This document shows, piece after piece, positions 18,214 through 28,501 of a stretch of 64,000 nucleotides of DNA. The notes beneath the pieces were generated by a model, which saw only the letters and a program-made list of their open reading frames with translations, was not told the DNA's origin and searched no databases. The stretch lies in assembly GCA_038227875.1 (NCBI GenBank), contig JBBRPR010000035.1, forward strand, positions 1 to 64,000. Direction: 5' to 3'. The DNA comes from Planctomycetota bacterium (lineage in GTDB: Bacteria > Planctomycetota > SZUA-567 > H5-PLA8). Each line of letters opens with the position of its first letter. The first letter of the stretch is position 1. A program made the translations under genes and the position numbers.

Positions 18214-21075
18214 GTGCGCAACCGAGTCGTGAGTCTGGCCGGACTGCTGCTCTTGTCATCCTTTTTGAGTCGCGCCACATCGGCTGCAGATGCCGGTCCG
18301 GAAAGTCTGGCGGCGCTGGCCGCCACGTCGTCACGCGGCAACCAGGGTCTCGCGCTGGTGCTCGGAGATTCCGACGGAAAGCTCACTGTAGCGCTGGCCA
18401 AAGGCGGACGCATGAATGTACAGGCGCTGATCCGCGATCGGGAACTTGCCGCGAAGCTTCGACTATTTCTCGTCGAGAACGGCCCGGCGGAACGGCTCTC
18501 GGCCGTCTGGTGGCGCACCGCGCACCTGCCGTACCTTGATGACCTGATCAATATGGTTGTGGTCAATGGCTGGGGCGGGCCTGAAGTCAACGGGCTGACA
18601 CTGGACGACATTGTCCGCGTTCTCTGCCCCAACGGCGTCGCGGTAATTGGCTTCAACAGCGGCACCGATGCGGATGTCACCGCGCTTCTCGCCGCCGCGG
18701 GTAAGGTTAAACTCGCCAAGGCCGAAAAACTCGCCCGCTCGGGCGCGTGGATCAAAATCACCAAGCTGATGAACCCGGATTTCGGCGAATGGACCAGCCC
18801 GTACGGAGGCCCGGAACTAAGCCACGTCTCGCCAGACAAGGTTTTTTCCGTGCCGTTCAAGGAGATCCGCTGGTGCAACGGGCCGAACTGGGGATCGTTC
18901 AATAACGCCGTGTATGCCGGCGGCCACTCCTTTCATCTGGAAAATCTTTATGTCTCTTCCGTTGCCAGCCAGTTGCTGCTCGTGGCGCGGGATGCCCACA
19001 ACGGCTGCGAACTCTGGCGCGAGAAAATCACCGGAGGCGAAGGCCTGTGCGCCGACGACAAGTGCGTCTATTGCGTCGACAACAAGGAACTGGTCGGCCG
19101 CGACGCCCTGACCGGCAACGTCGTCCAGAAGTACGGCCCGGCCACTCCGGGTATGGCGCTCACCTCCTTTGACGACTGCCTGATCATCGGCGGCACCGCT
19201 GTCGACAAGGAGACTGGCAAAGTCCGCTGGACCCGAAGAGCCGCGACTCAGTCGGCCGGTACGGCGGGAAAAGTGTTCGTCTGCGATGGCCAGAACGTCG
19301 AAGCCGTCAACCTCGCGGATGGCAAAACCATCTGGAAGGTCGCGCCCGCCGAACTGCTGGTACCCAAAAGCGCCTATCGCATCGCGATCTTCGTCAAGGC
19401 GGACACGGTCTATATTGAACGCGATTCGGTCACCGAACCCAAGTCGGTATTGAACGCGCTGGATCTGGCCACCGGAGCGTTGCGCTGGTCCCGCCCCCAC
19501 GACAGCGGCACCGTCCTGCCCTACGCCGATGCCGTCTACCTGATCAGTGGCGTCAACATCAAGGGCAACCCCGGACCCAAGTGGGCGGAGTGGGACATCA
19601 AGACCGGCAAGGAGACGCGGGCGCTCGAACCGACTACGTTCACCGGAGGGAGGTGCTGGAGCCCCACCGCAACGGAGCACTTCATCACCGGGCTGGAGGA
19701 GTCGATCTACTTCGACCGCCGGACCTTCACGAGCACCGTGACGGGACGCGGCGTCCGTTCGTCTTGCAAGATCGGTTCAATCTTCGCCTACGGCCTGATG
19801 TACGACCTGCCGCACACCTGCAACTGCGGGACAGTGCTGCGCGGCGTCTCCGCCGTTTCCGGTGGCAGCAACATTCCCAAGGGCGAAGTCTCCCCGGCGT
19901 TGATCAGTATTTCCGCCGCACCCGCCCCCGTCGCGGTCAATCCCGGCGACTGGCCCGTGTATCGCGGCAATCCGGCGCGCGGGGCGTCGTTGCCCGTCGA
20001 GCTTCCTGCCGAGCTCAAGCCGGCCTGGTCCGTGGCCATCGGCAAGAGCACGCCTACCCAAGCCACCGGCACTGCCGGGCGCGTATACGTTGCGGATTCG
20101 GATGCACACCAGGTCGTGGCGCTGGATCTTTCCACGGGGAAAAAACTCTGGACGTTTGTGGCCGAAGGCCGCGTACCCCTCCCGCCCACGCTGTACAAGG
20201 GACTCTGCCTGGTCGCCGACCACGCCGGATGGGTCTACGGCCTCGACGCTTCAACCGGAAAGCCTGTCTGGCAATTTCAAGCCGCGCCTGAACAGAAATA
20301 CATGTGTGCCTATAACCAGCTCGAATCGTCCTGGCCGGTCAAGAGCGGCGTGCTGGTGGTGGCTGACACGGCCTGCTTCTCCGCCGGACGCACGGGGATT
20401 TCCGACGGCGGCATTACCGTCTTTGGTGTGGACCCCGCCACCGGTCAGCAGCGCTGGAAGAAAAACTTCACACGCCTGATGCCCAACGACATGCTCGTCA
20501 GCAACGGTACGGATCTCTTCCTGGAACGAACCCACCTCAATCCCATCGACGGCAGCGAATCGAAACTTCAGAAAGGCTACGCTGATTTCGTGCTCCAATC
20601 CAACGGTTACGAACAAGGTGCCGGCAATTCACTGCTGGACTTGCTCAGCTCTGCCGACCCCGGCCAGACCTGGCTGCGGAAGAGCAATCCGGGACATCCG
20701 CGCGGCGCAGGGCAGACCGTGGCCTTCGACAAGGACCGCACGGTCTTCACAGCCCGCGTGGCACTACCGCCCAAGTTCGCGCTGACCGAAGCGCAAGTCC
20801 GCGGCGCTGGCGCCTCGACTTGGACCAACAGCACCGCCGCACAACAAATGCTGGGCATGGTGCTGGCCGGCCCGCGTGTCTATTGCGCCGGAATCCCGCA
20901 ATACCGGGACAGCGACGACAAACCCGCACTCTGGATCCTCAACTCCGTCGACGGCAAGGAACTCCAGCGGCTCCCGCTGGACAGCGCGCCGATCATCGAC
21001 GGCGTTTCCGCCGTCGGAGACCATGTGTTGGTCGCGACGACCGACGGCCACTTGGTTTGCTTCGAGAAGAAGTAG
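18214..21075 (+). CDS. Secreted PQQ-like beta-propeller protein with N-terminal methyltransferase-like fold
   Basis: Signal peptide; GLALVLG, LPYLDDLIN, RVLCPNG; many DxxTGxxxW repeats; DWPVYRGNPARG. Confidence 0.85.
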   Translation: MRNRVVSLAGLLLLSSFLSRATSAADAGPESLAALAATSSRGNQGLALVLGDSDGKLTVALAKGGRMNVQALIRDRELAAKLRLFLVENGPAERLSAVWWRTAHLPYLDDLINMVVVNGWGGPEVNGLTLDDIVRVLCPNGVAVIGFNSGTDADVTALLAAAGKVKLAKAEKLARSGAWIKITKLMNPDFGEWTSPYGGPELSHVSPDKVFSVPFKEIRWCNGPNWGSFNNAVYAGGHSFHLENLYVSSVASQLLLVARDAHNGCELWREKITGGEGLCADDKCVYCVDNKELVGRDALTGNVVQKYGPATPGMALTSFDDCLIIGGTAVDKETGKVRWTRRAATQSAGTAGKVFVCDGQNVEAVNLADGKTIWKVAPAELLVPKSAYRIAIFVKADTVYIERDSVTEPKSVLNALDLATGALRWSRPHDSGTVLPYADAVYLISGVNIKGNPGPKWAEWDIKTGKETRALEPTTFTGGRCWSPTATEHFITGLEESIYFDRRTFTSTVTGRGVRSSCKIGSIFAYGLMYDLPHTCNCGTVLRGVSAVSGGSNIPKGEVSPALISISAAPAPVAVNPGDWPVYRGNPARGASLPVELPAELKPAWSVAIGKSTPTQATGTAGRVYVADSDAHQVVALDLSTGKKLWTFVAEGRVPLPPTLYKGLCLVADHAGWVYGLDASTGKPVWQFQAAPEQKYMCAYNQLESSWPVKSGVLVVADTACFSAGRTGISDGGITVFGVDPATGQQRWKKNFTRLMPNDMLVSNGTDLFLERTHLNPIDGSESKLQKGYADFVLQSNGYEQGAGNSLLDLLSSADPGQTWLRKSNPGHPRGAGQTVAFDKDRTVFTARVALPPKFALTEAQVRGAGASTWTNSTAAQQMLGMVLAGPRVYCAGIPQYRDSDDKPALWILNSVDGKELQRLPLDSAPIIDGVSAVGDHVLVATTDGHLVCFEKK

Positions 21076-21345
21076 TGCTGAGAAATCGCGCATTGAAAAT
21101 GCGCAGAAACCGAGCGGCGATTGCTGCAGACCGTGGCTCGACGCAGCGCAGAGCTCGGGCACAGAATTCGTTTCCCGTAAAGTGTATTGAACCGATTCGC
21201 GCCTCCGCGCGTGCCCACTAATGGGAGCGCCGGCGCGAATGATCACGTGCATGCAATATTGCTGAGAATCTCAAAATCGCCCACGTCGGTCCGGTGTATT
21301 CTTCCGGGTACAGTCCCCTATTGTCCCGCCAACGAGGTCACCGCC

Positions 21346-22746
21346 ATGGTTGTGTTTAATTCACTGCTGAAAAAAGTTGCAGCGAGCGCAGCGCTCTCCA
21401 TGGCCCTGACCGGAGCCGCATGGGCGCAGTCGGACAACGCGGACACGCCGAAGCCGGAAAATCCGCAGAATGCAATCCGGCCCATCGAACGCCAGCAACG
21501 TCACGTCGGCGACACGATACGAAAATCGTCTGACGATCTCAGCGACCTGATTGAGGACCTGCATCAGAGTTCCCTCCCGGACATGGACCCTTCGGAATTG
21601 AACGGGGCCAACGCGAAGCTCGATGAAATCATCCAGACCCACATGCCGCTGGTCATGCGCGCGCTGATTCGCGCCCGCACTCAAACAGCGGATGCCAATG
21701 CCGACCTGCGCGTCAGCCTGAAGAGCTCCGACGACATCCTGAAGATCCTGCAGGCACTGACGGCCGCGATGAAACGCGACCTGCAACCCACGCTCACCGC
21801 TCGCGCACTGACCAACGCAATCACGAAAGTCGCCGAAGCTCAGGATAAAACCCGCGACACGAGTCTGCTGCACGAAAACCTGGACAGCAAGCCGGCAGAC
21901 ACGCTGACTCCCGAAGAACGAGCCGCTCTGCGCGACGCAATCGACAAACAGAAGGACGCGGCCGCGGAAGTGAAGAAGACGCTCGCTGAGCTTACGCACC
22001 AGGCCGAGACGCTGGCGCCCACCGACAAACCCGCCGCCGATGCCATTCGCAGCACGCTCGCGGACCTAAACAAGGCCGATGTTCAGCGCAACGCCGACGG
22101 CGCGCACGACGACGCGGCCGACAAGAAGCTTCATTCAGCGGAAAAGAAGAATGACGATGTGCTGACCGCGTTGCGCAATGCCGAAAAGCATCTGGCGAAG
22201 TCGTCCGATCCAGTCTCGGACCTGGAGAAGCACGCCGCCGCTCTGAACAACGCGAAGGGCTTGCAGGAAAAAGTCATGGACGACACGCGCGGCCTGAAGC
22301 CCGATGACGACAAAGGCATCGCCGGCGCCATGAAGGATCAAGGAGAAGTCGCCCGCGCGCTCAACGATATGAAGGCGGATAACCCGGCGCTGACCGATGC
22401 CGCCAATGCCTCCAAGCAGGCGCAGGAGAATCTGGGTGGCGACAAACCTCAGAGCGCACTGAAGGATCAGCAGCGGGTGCTTGACGCGATCAATTCCGAA
22501 ATCAAGAGTGTCGCCAGCAAGATTGCCCAGCAGAGCAAAAACGCGCCGAAGAAGGAAGGTCCGATGGGCCAGTTTGCCTACGACGCGGTGAAGACCATCG
22601 CCTCCGCCGACTGGACCGTCGCTCTTCCCGCCAAAGATCGCGGCGACGTCGAGCAGGCCGTCAAAAACAAGATGCCACCCAAGTACGCCCGCCAGATCAT
22701 GCTGTACTATGAGAACCTGGCCTGTGCGAAACCGGAAGGCAACTAA
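21346..22746 (+). CDS. Secreted coiled-coil protein, short paralogue of 47990-50797
   Basis: GAGG RBS, signal peptide AWA-QS, helical composition, C-terminal MPPKYARQIMLYYENLA. Confidence 0.8.
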   Translation: MVVFNSLLKKVAASAALSMALTGAAWAQSDNADTPKPENPQNAIRPIERQQRHVGDTIRKSSDDLSDLIEDLHQSSLPDMDPSELNGANAKLDEIIQTHMPLVMRALIRARTQTADANADLRVSLKSSDDILKILQALTAAMKRDLQPTLTARALTNAITKVAEAQDKTRDTSLLHENLDSKPADTLTPEERAALRDAIDKQKDAAAEVKKTLAELTHQAETLAPTDKPAADAIRSTLADLNKADVQRNADGAHDDAADKKLHSAEKKNDDVLTALRNAEKHLAKSSDPVSDLEKHAAALNNAKGLQEKVMDDTRGLKPDDDKGIAGAMKDQGEVARALNDMKADNPALTDAANASKQAQENLGGDKPQSALKDQQRVLDAINSEIKSVASKIAQQSKNAPKKEGPMGQFAYDAVKTIASADWTVALPAKDRGDVEQAVKNKMPPKYARQIMLYYENLACAKPEGN

Positions 22747-23140
22747 ACGCGCGGAGCTGTGAGTCTGCGTGAGGACTTCGATGCTCCCGCATACTTAACG
22801 AGTCTACACAGCCGGTGCGAACTCAGAATTCGCCAGATAGGGTTCCGCGCCTTCGCCATCACGTGGCGAGCGACGCGCCGTTGAGTCGCACGCTGCCGTC
22901 TCCGGACTGCATTCTCCAACTTACTTTCAATATCTCCCTCTCACCCCATTTACTGGGCGGCTTTCATTCTGATTGGGGTCCCAATTGGGACCGGCTACAT
23001 ACATTGTGATTCATATTTTAAAATTTTTGAACAGGCGTTGAACTACGGTGGTCGACAAGGCTCGGGAACTTATATTAGGACTACTACCGTATTGCACGTT
23101 CAGCAGTGAGTCCGCCAGGTTTATTTCGAGGAGGTGAAAG

Positions 23141-24088
23141 ATGGCAGAAATCGACAACCTTCGCTACACGAAGATGGCCCTCAATACGGGCTCGGGCGCC
23201 ATGCCTGCGCTTGGATTTGGCACTTTGATTCCCGATCCGGTTGCAACCAAAATCGCGACCAAGGCGGCTCTGGAGGCGGGATTTCGCCAGCTCGACGCTT
23301 CTGAACGTTACCGCAATGAAAAGGAAGTCGGCGAAGCCATTCAGGACGTGTTCCAAGCGGGTAAGATAAAGCGCGAAGACGTGTTTATCGCCACGAAGCT
23401 CTGGAACAACAATCATCGCCCTGAACGCGTCAAACCGGCCTTCGAGGCCAGCCTCAAAAAACTCCAGCTCGATTACGTTGATCTCTATCTCATCCACACC
23501 CCTTTTGCATTCCAGCCCGGAGACGAGCAGGACCCGCGCGATGCGAACGGCAAGGTGATCTATGATCAAGGCGTCACGTTGCTGGATACGTGGAGGGCGC
23601 TCGAGCGCCTGGTGGACGAGGGCAGGTGCAAGGCCATCGGATTATCCGACGTGAGCCTGGAACAGACGAAGGCGATTTTCGATGCGGCCAGAATCAAGCC
23701 CGCGGTCGTTCACGTCGAGTCTCACCCATATCTGCCCCAGTGGGAGCTCTTGGATTACTGCAAAAAGAATCGCATCGTGTTCCAGGCTTTTGCGGCACTG
23801 GGACACAGTAGCGAGCCCAACGTGCTGGAAGACCCTGTCGTCACCTCCATCGCCCGGCGAGTCCACAAGACTCCCGCGCAAGTCTTGCTCGCGTGGGCCA
23901 TTCAGCGCGGCACCGCACTGCTGACCACCTCCAAGACTCCCAGCCGAATCAAGGAGAACGCGGACGTCTCCACCCTTCCTCAAGACGCCATCCGGGAGAT
24001 CAGCGAAGGAATCACGACACGGGTCAGGTTTAATGCCGTGGTTGAGACCGGCATTCCCGGGTTCATTCCGCGGGAAAAGAAAGCTTGA
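23141..24088 (+). CDS. Aldo/keto reductase
   Basis: MPALGFGT, LDASERYRNE, REDVFIATKLW, LQLDYVDLYLIH. Confidence 0.92.
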   Translation: MAEIDNLRYTKMALNTGSGAMPALGFGTLIPDPVATKIATKAALEAGFRQLDASERYRNEKEVGEAIQDVFQAGKIKREDVFIATKLWNNNHRPERVKPAFEASLKKLQLDYVDLYLIHTPFAFQPGDEQDPRDANGKVIYDQGVTLLDTWRALERLVDEGRCKAIGLSDVSLEQTKAIFDAARIKPAVVHVESHPYLPQWELLDYCKKNRIVFQAFAALGHSSEPNVLEDPVVTSIARRVHKTPAQVLLAWAIQRGTALLTTSKTPSRIKENADVSTLPQDAIREISEGITTRVRFNAVVETGIPGFIPREKKA

Positions 24089-24720
24089 AACGGCTGACCG
24101 CGAAGCGCCGATTTGTGGATCCAGTTTTGTCCACCCCGTGGAAGCCCACCAAGGCCCAGCTCCTGGCGGCGCACAATAAATTCGTTCCTGATCTCATCGC
24201 CAAAAACCTGATCGTGCTTTTCGCCGGCATTAACCCCGGTCTCTACACAGCGGCCATCGGCCGTCACTTCGGCCGACCCGGCAACCGCTTCTGGCCGGCC
24301 CTTTATGGAGCCGGCTTCACCCCCCGCCTCTTCTCGCCTTTTGAGAATGCTCGTCTCCTCGACCTCAAATTCGGCATCACGAACATCGTCGAACGCGCCA
24401 CTGCCCGCGCCGATGAACTCACAGCCGACGAACTTCGCGCCGGCGCCCAGCGCCTCGAAGCCAAAGTCAAACGCTGGCGTCCCACCGTCGTCGCCTTCGT
24501 CGGGATCGGTCCCTACCGCATCGTCTCCGGCGTCAAAGACGCCCACGTCGGACTCCAACCAAATCTCTTTGGCGGCAGCCATGCCTGGGTTCTCCCTAAC
24601 CCCAGTGGCCTCAACGCCCACTACCTGCCCGCCGCCCTCGCACAACTCTTCGGAGACCTACGCCGCTGGGCTATTGCCCAGCACCGGCACCGCCAAAGGC
24701 ACCTAACTTCCCAGCCCTGA
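24085..24720 (+). CDS. mug: G/U mismatch-specific uracil-DNA glycosylase
   Basis: GINPGL, HFGRPGNRFW, GITNIV, LPNPSGLN. Confidence 0.92.
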   Translation: MKRLTAKRRFVDPVLSTPWKPTKAQLLAAHNKFVPDLIAKNLIVLFAGINPGLYTAAIGRHFGRPGNRFWPALYGAGFTPRLFSPFENARLLDLKFGITNIVERATARADELTADELRAGAQRLEAKVKRWRPTVVAFVGIGPYRIVSGVKDAHVGLQPNLFGGSHAWVLPNPSGLNAHYLPAALAQLFGDLRRWAIAQHRHRQRHLTSQP

Positions 24721-24849
24721 CAAGGAAGCCAGCATCGACCACCCTTCGTTCTCAACACGGGTAAAAATTGCTGTACTATTTGCAGTACTACGGTGTATTT
24801 CATCCATGTTCGACATATCGAACATGTGTTTCATGCTTCGGAGGTGACT

Positions 24850-27732
24850 GTGGCCCCTTTAAAATCCATCCTGCGCGGCATCCTGGCGGTTGTGGCAATC
24901 CTCACGGCGTCCCGACTGGCAGCCTCGGACTTGGACGAGTTCAAAGTCAAACGTAAGGAAGTCTTCGAATTTACGAAGCGCCCGACGGTGGCCCGCGCTG
25001 CCGATACGCTCAAGATTTCGTTCGCGGTAAAAGACTTCTGCGACGCCACGATCGCGATCGAAAGAGAAGACGGTACGATCGCCTGCCATCTCGCCAGCGG
25101 CGTGCTCGGAGCCAACGCGCCGGAACCGTTCCAGAAAAATAGCCTCTCCCAGACGGTCACGTGGGACGGCAAAAATGACCAGGGCGTACTGGTGATCAAC
25201 AAGGCGGCGCACACGGTCCGCGTCTCGCTGGGTTTGAAGCCGGTCTTCGAAAAGAACCTCTACAATTCGCCCTACAAACGCATCTCACAGGCCGCGCCGC
25301 AAATCCAGGCCACAGAAGAAGGCGTCCTCGTTTACGAAGGCATGGGCGTGGACTCGGTCAAATTGTTCGATCACGCCGGCAAGTACGTGCGCACGGTCTA
25401 TCCCTTTCCCGCCAGCAAGCTCAACGATGTGAAGGGGATTGAGTGGCGCGATTTTCCGCAGGGCTTTCACCTGCCGTGGAAGCTGAGCATCTATCAGCAG
25501 ACGCTGCTGACGTCCGGCGACAACGCCTGCTGGACCGACGAAGGTGGGCGCACGGGGCGAGCAGCGACGGGCATGGCCGTGCGCGGAAACCGCATCGTCC
25601 TGGCCTACAAGAAGCTCAACCGCCTCAGCACCGACGGCAGCACGGGCGGGATGGAACTCACCGGCGGGAAGGCCAGCGTGATGCTGGAAAAAATGAACAC
25701 GCGATTTGGCCAGATCAATGCAGACACCGGGCCCAGCAGCGTGGCCATTTCCCCGGACATGAAAACGGTCTACATGGCCGGCTACTCCTACCGCTTTGCA
25801 TCCAACTTTGATACGCAACATGGCGTCATGAGCATGCCGCTGGAAGGCACGGAAGACGCGAAAGTATTCGCCGGTGCGTTTGGTCTCGTGGAAGGCAGCC
25901 GGGCCAAGGGCGAAGGAACCGAGCCGGGAAAATTCGGCAACGCCACGTCGGTGGATTGCGACGCGCAGGGTCGCGTTTACGTCTCGGACTTCATGAATCA
26001 ACGCATCCAGATCTTCTCGCCCGACGGCAAGTACCTGAAGGAACTCAAGACCCCCAACCCCGCTCTGGTGCGGCTCAACCGCAAGAACGGCGAGATCTAC
26101 GTCTTCAGCTGGACAATTCCATCCTGGATGTGGAGCGCCTCCTCCCCGCAGCCCGGCGAAATTGCCGTTACGCGCTACGGCGCGTTCGACGACCCCAAGC
26201 AGATCGCCCGCTACGTCATTCCCGGCGCTGACGGCAAGCCGATGCAGTACCGCTGCGACGGCGGCCTGTACCTCAACCTCCCGCATGCGTTGTACTTCTC
26301 CGGTGAAATCGATTCGTGGACCGACACGCCGACGATCTGGTTTGGACGCGATTGCCGCAACGACCTCGAGTTGGGTCTGGCCGGCGGCAACGGTGCCCGC
26401 AGCACCGCCTGGGATCAATGCGGCATCAAGGTCTACAAGGAAAAAGACGGCAAGCTCGAGATGGTCCGCGACTTCGGCAAGGATACGATGAAAGAAGCGT
26501 TCTTTGCCAAGCCTCCCAGCAACGCGGTGCAGCATTGCTACGTCAATCCGGTCACGGGCCACTTGTTCCTGGCGGAAGCCGACAGCGCGCCGACCTGCAA
26601 AGCCAGCACACACTGGCTGGACATCGATCCGGAAACCGGTGCGATTCAGGACGTCAAGCTGCCGTTCAATCCGGTTGACGCGGCCTTCGATCTCGATGGC
26701 AACGTGTACCTTCGCAACACCAATGTGATCGTGCGTTACGACCCAAAGACCTGGCGCGAAATCCCATGGGACTACGGCGAGGAACTCGAACATGTCGGTG
26801 CCGACGGCGGTATCGGCGGTCATGCCACCGCGGTCACGTCGGGGCTGGTGCTCCCGTCGATGTCCCCCGTTTGCTACCATCAGGGCGGCATCTTCGTCTC
26901 GCCCAAAGGTTATGTCGTAGCCTCGTGCGCTTACCACTACACGGGTCTCAGCCACGTGCCCGGCGAAACGACGATCGACGTGAAGTCCCTGTCCAATCTG
27001 GGCAAGCCGTACGTTCCCCATATGTTCCCCGGGCGCGCGGTGTCGTCGCTCACGCCCTGCATCCATGTCTGGGATAAGTTCGGCAAGCGCGTCTACGAGG
27101 ACGCCGTGCCTGGCGTCGACCAGGTTGACGGCATCGCGATGGACCGCAACGACGCCTTGTACTTCATGCACAAACCCACCCGCATGCTGGACGGGAAGCC
27201 CTACATCAATTCCATGTCCGAAACGATGACCAAGGTGCTGCCCAAGAAGAGCACCGTGATCTCCGCCAGCAACGCCGCGATTCCATTGGATGCCGCAAGT
27301 ACGCCCACCCGCAAACAGGACGGCACCGGCGTATGGATTGACAACGCGGAATGGTTCTACGGCGGAGTCGGTTTCGCGGGCTTCAACGCCAGCCAGGCCG
27401 GCGGCGGATGCGCGTGCTGGTTCTCGCGCTTCAGCCTGGATCTCTATGCGCGATCCTTCGTGCCGGAGCCGCAGCAGTTCGGCATCGCGGTGCTCGATTC
27501 CAGCGGCAATCTGATCCTGCGCATCGGCCGCTACGCCAATGTCGACAGCGCCGGTCCCCAGAGCCTTCAGCCGCTCGGCGGCGACGAAGTCGGTCTCTTT
27601 CACCCGCTCTACACCGGCACCTATTCCGACCGCCGGTTGTTCATCGCCGACTATGGCAACGGGCGACTGGTCAGCGTCAAACTGAACTATAACGTCGACG
27701 AAAAGCTCCCCGTGCCGGGGGCAGGCAAATAG
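24850..27732 (+). CDS. Secreted FlgD-Ig plus NHL-repeat propeller protein
   Basis: VTWDGKNDQG (FlgD-Ig); DCDAQGRVYVSDFMNQRIQIFSPDGKYL (NHL); start chosen at the GTG after GGAGG. Confidence 0.8.
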   Translation: MAPLKSILRGILAVVAILTASRLAASDLDEFKVKRKEVFEFTKRPTVARAADTLKISFAVKDFCDATIAIEREDGTIACHLASGVLGANAPEPFQKNSLSQTVTWDGKNDQGVLVINKAAHTVRVSLGLKPVFEKNLYNSPYKRISQAAPQIQATEEGVLVYEGMGVDSVKLFDHAGKYVRTVYPFPASKLNDVKGIEWRDFPQGFHLPWKLSIYQQTLLTSGDNACWTDEGGRTGRAATGMAVRGNRIVLAYKKLNRLSTDGSTGGMELTGGKASVMLEKMNTRFGQINADTGPSSVAISPDMKTVYMAGYSYRFASNFDTQHGVMSMPLEGTEDAKVFAGAFGLVEGSRAKGEGTEPGKFGNATSVDCDAQGRVYVSDFMNQRIQIFSPDGKYLKELKTPNPALVRLNRKNGEIYVFSWTIPSWMWSASSPQPGEIAVTRYGAFDDPKQIARYVIPGADGKPMQYRCDGGLYLNLPHALYFSGEIDSWTDTPTIWFGRDCRNDLELGLAGGNGARSTAWDQCGIKVYKEKDGKLEMVRDFGKDTMKEAFFAKPPSNAVQHCYVNPVTGHLFLAEADSAPTCKASTHWLDIDPETGAIQDVKLPFNPVDAAFDLDGNVYLRNTNVIVRYDPKTWREIPWDYGEELEHVGADGGIGGHATAVTSGLVLPSMSPVCYHQGGIFVSPKGYVVASCAYHYTGLSHVPGETTIDVKSLSNLGKPYVPHMFPGRAVSSLTPCIHVWDKFGKRVYEDAVPGVDQVDGIAMDRNDALYFMHKPTRMLDGKPYINSMSETMTKVLPKKSTVISASNAAIPLDAASTPTRKQDGTGVWIDNAEWFYGGVGFAGFNASQAGGGCACWFSRFSLDLYARSFVPEPQQFGIAVLDSSGNLILRIGRYANVDSAGPQSLQPLGGDEVGLFHPLYTGTYSDRRLFIADYGNGRLVSVKLNYNVDEKLPVPGAGK

Positions 27733-27793
27733 TCGACTTTTAAAGCAAAATGAGCCCTAAGCTGTCGCACGCGTCATTCGTCACACCATTACA

Positions 27794-28417
27794 ATGCGAA
27801 TGGCGCTTTTCATCACACTTCTGTCGGTCAGCGCCCTGGCGTTCGCGGAAGAAACTCCGCCCGAGCCGCCCGATGCTGAATTAAGATCAAATGTTTTGCA
27901 GCTCATCGAGAAATTGGGGAACGACGAGTTCGAGTGCCGTGAACAGGCGCAAAAGGAACTGGCTGCATTGGGCCCGAAAGCGGCCCTGATCGTCGATAAA
28001 CTCCCCGCCTCCGCAGATGCTGAAGTCAATTCAAGACTCCAGCGGTTCCATCTTCAATGCCGGCTTTACGCGGCGAATTCCCTCCCCGAATTATTGACAC
28101 TCAGGCAACTGTTCCTGACTGCCGAAAACACCGAGCTGGCGGATGCCGCGCTGAAGAAAGCCGAGACACTGGCCTCACCGCTCGAACTGGCCTCAGCGCT
28201 TTTTGAGCGGAGCATGACAGACCACAGAAAGGTAAAACCGGACATCACCTCGCGCTCAGCGACCATCGCGCTCATTCAGATCGAAACCGATTTGAACCTC
28301 TGCATCGATTACTACGACGCCCATTTGAAACTTCATCCGGATGACAAGGACGCCGAAGATCGGATGACTGAAGCTGCCATGATAAATTACGCCTGCCGGA
28401 AATACTCGAGTCTCTAA
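27794..28417 (+). CDS. Secreted helical hypothetical protein
   Basis: Signal peptide ALA-FAEE; LIEKLGNDEFECREQAQKELAALG HEAT-like motif. Confidence 0.7.
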   Translation: MRMALFITLLSVSALAFAEETPPEPPDAELRSNVLQLIEKLGNDEFECREQAQKELAALGPKAALIVDKLPASADAEVNSRLQRFHLQCRLYAANSLPELLTLRQLFLTAENTELADAALKKAETLASPLELASALFERSMTDHRKVKPDITSRSATIALIQIETDLNLCIDYYDAHLKLHPDDKDAEDRMTEAAMINYACRKYSSL

Positions 28418-28501
28418 CGTCATACTTGTCGTCTGGTGTTATCGCTCCGATCGTCCACACTTTGGACTTTTCGCGTGTGAGCCTTGAACTATGCTTCTCA
28501 A

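Noticed and set aside
25285..27603. 772-aa minus-strand ORF
   Set aside because: Antisense shadow of the NHL protein gene; expected from high-GC codon bias; no motifs.
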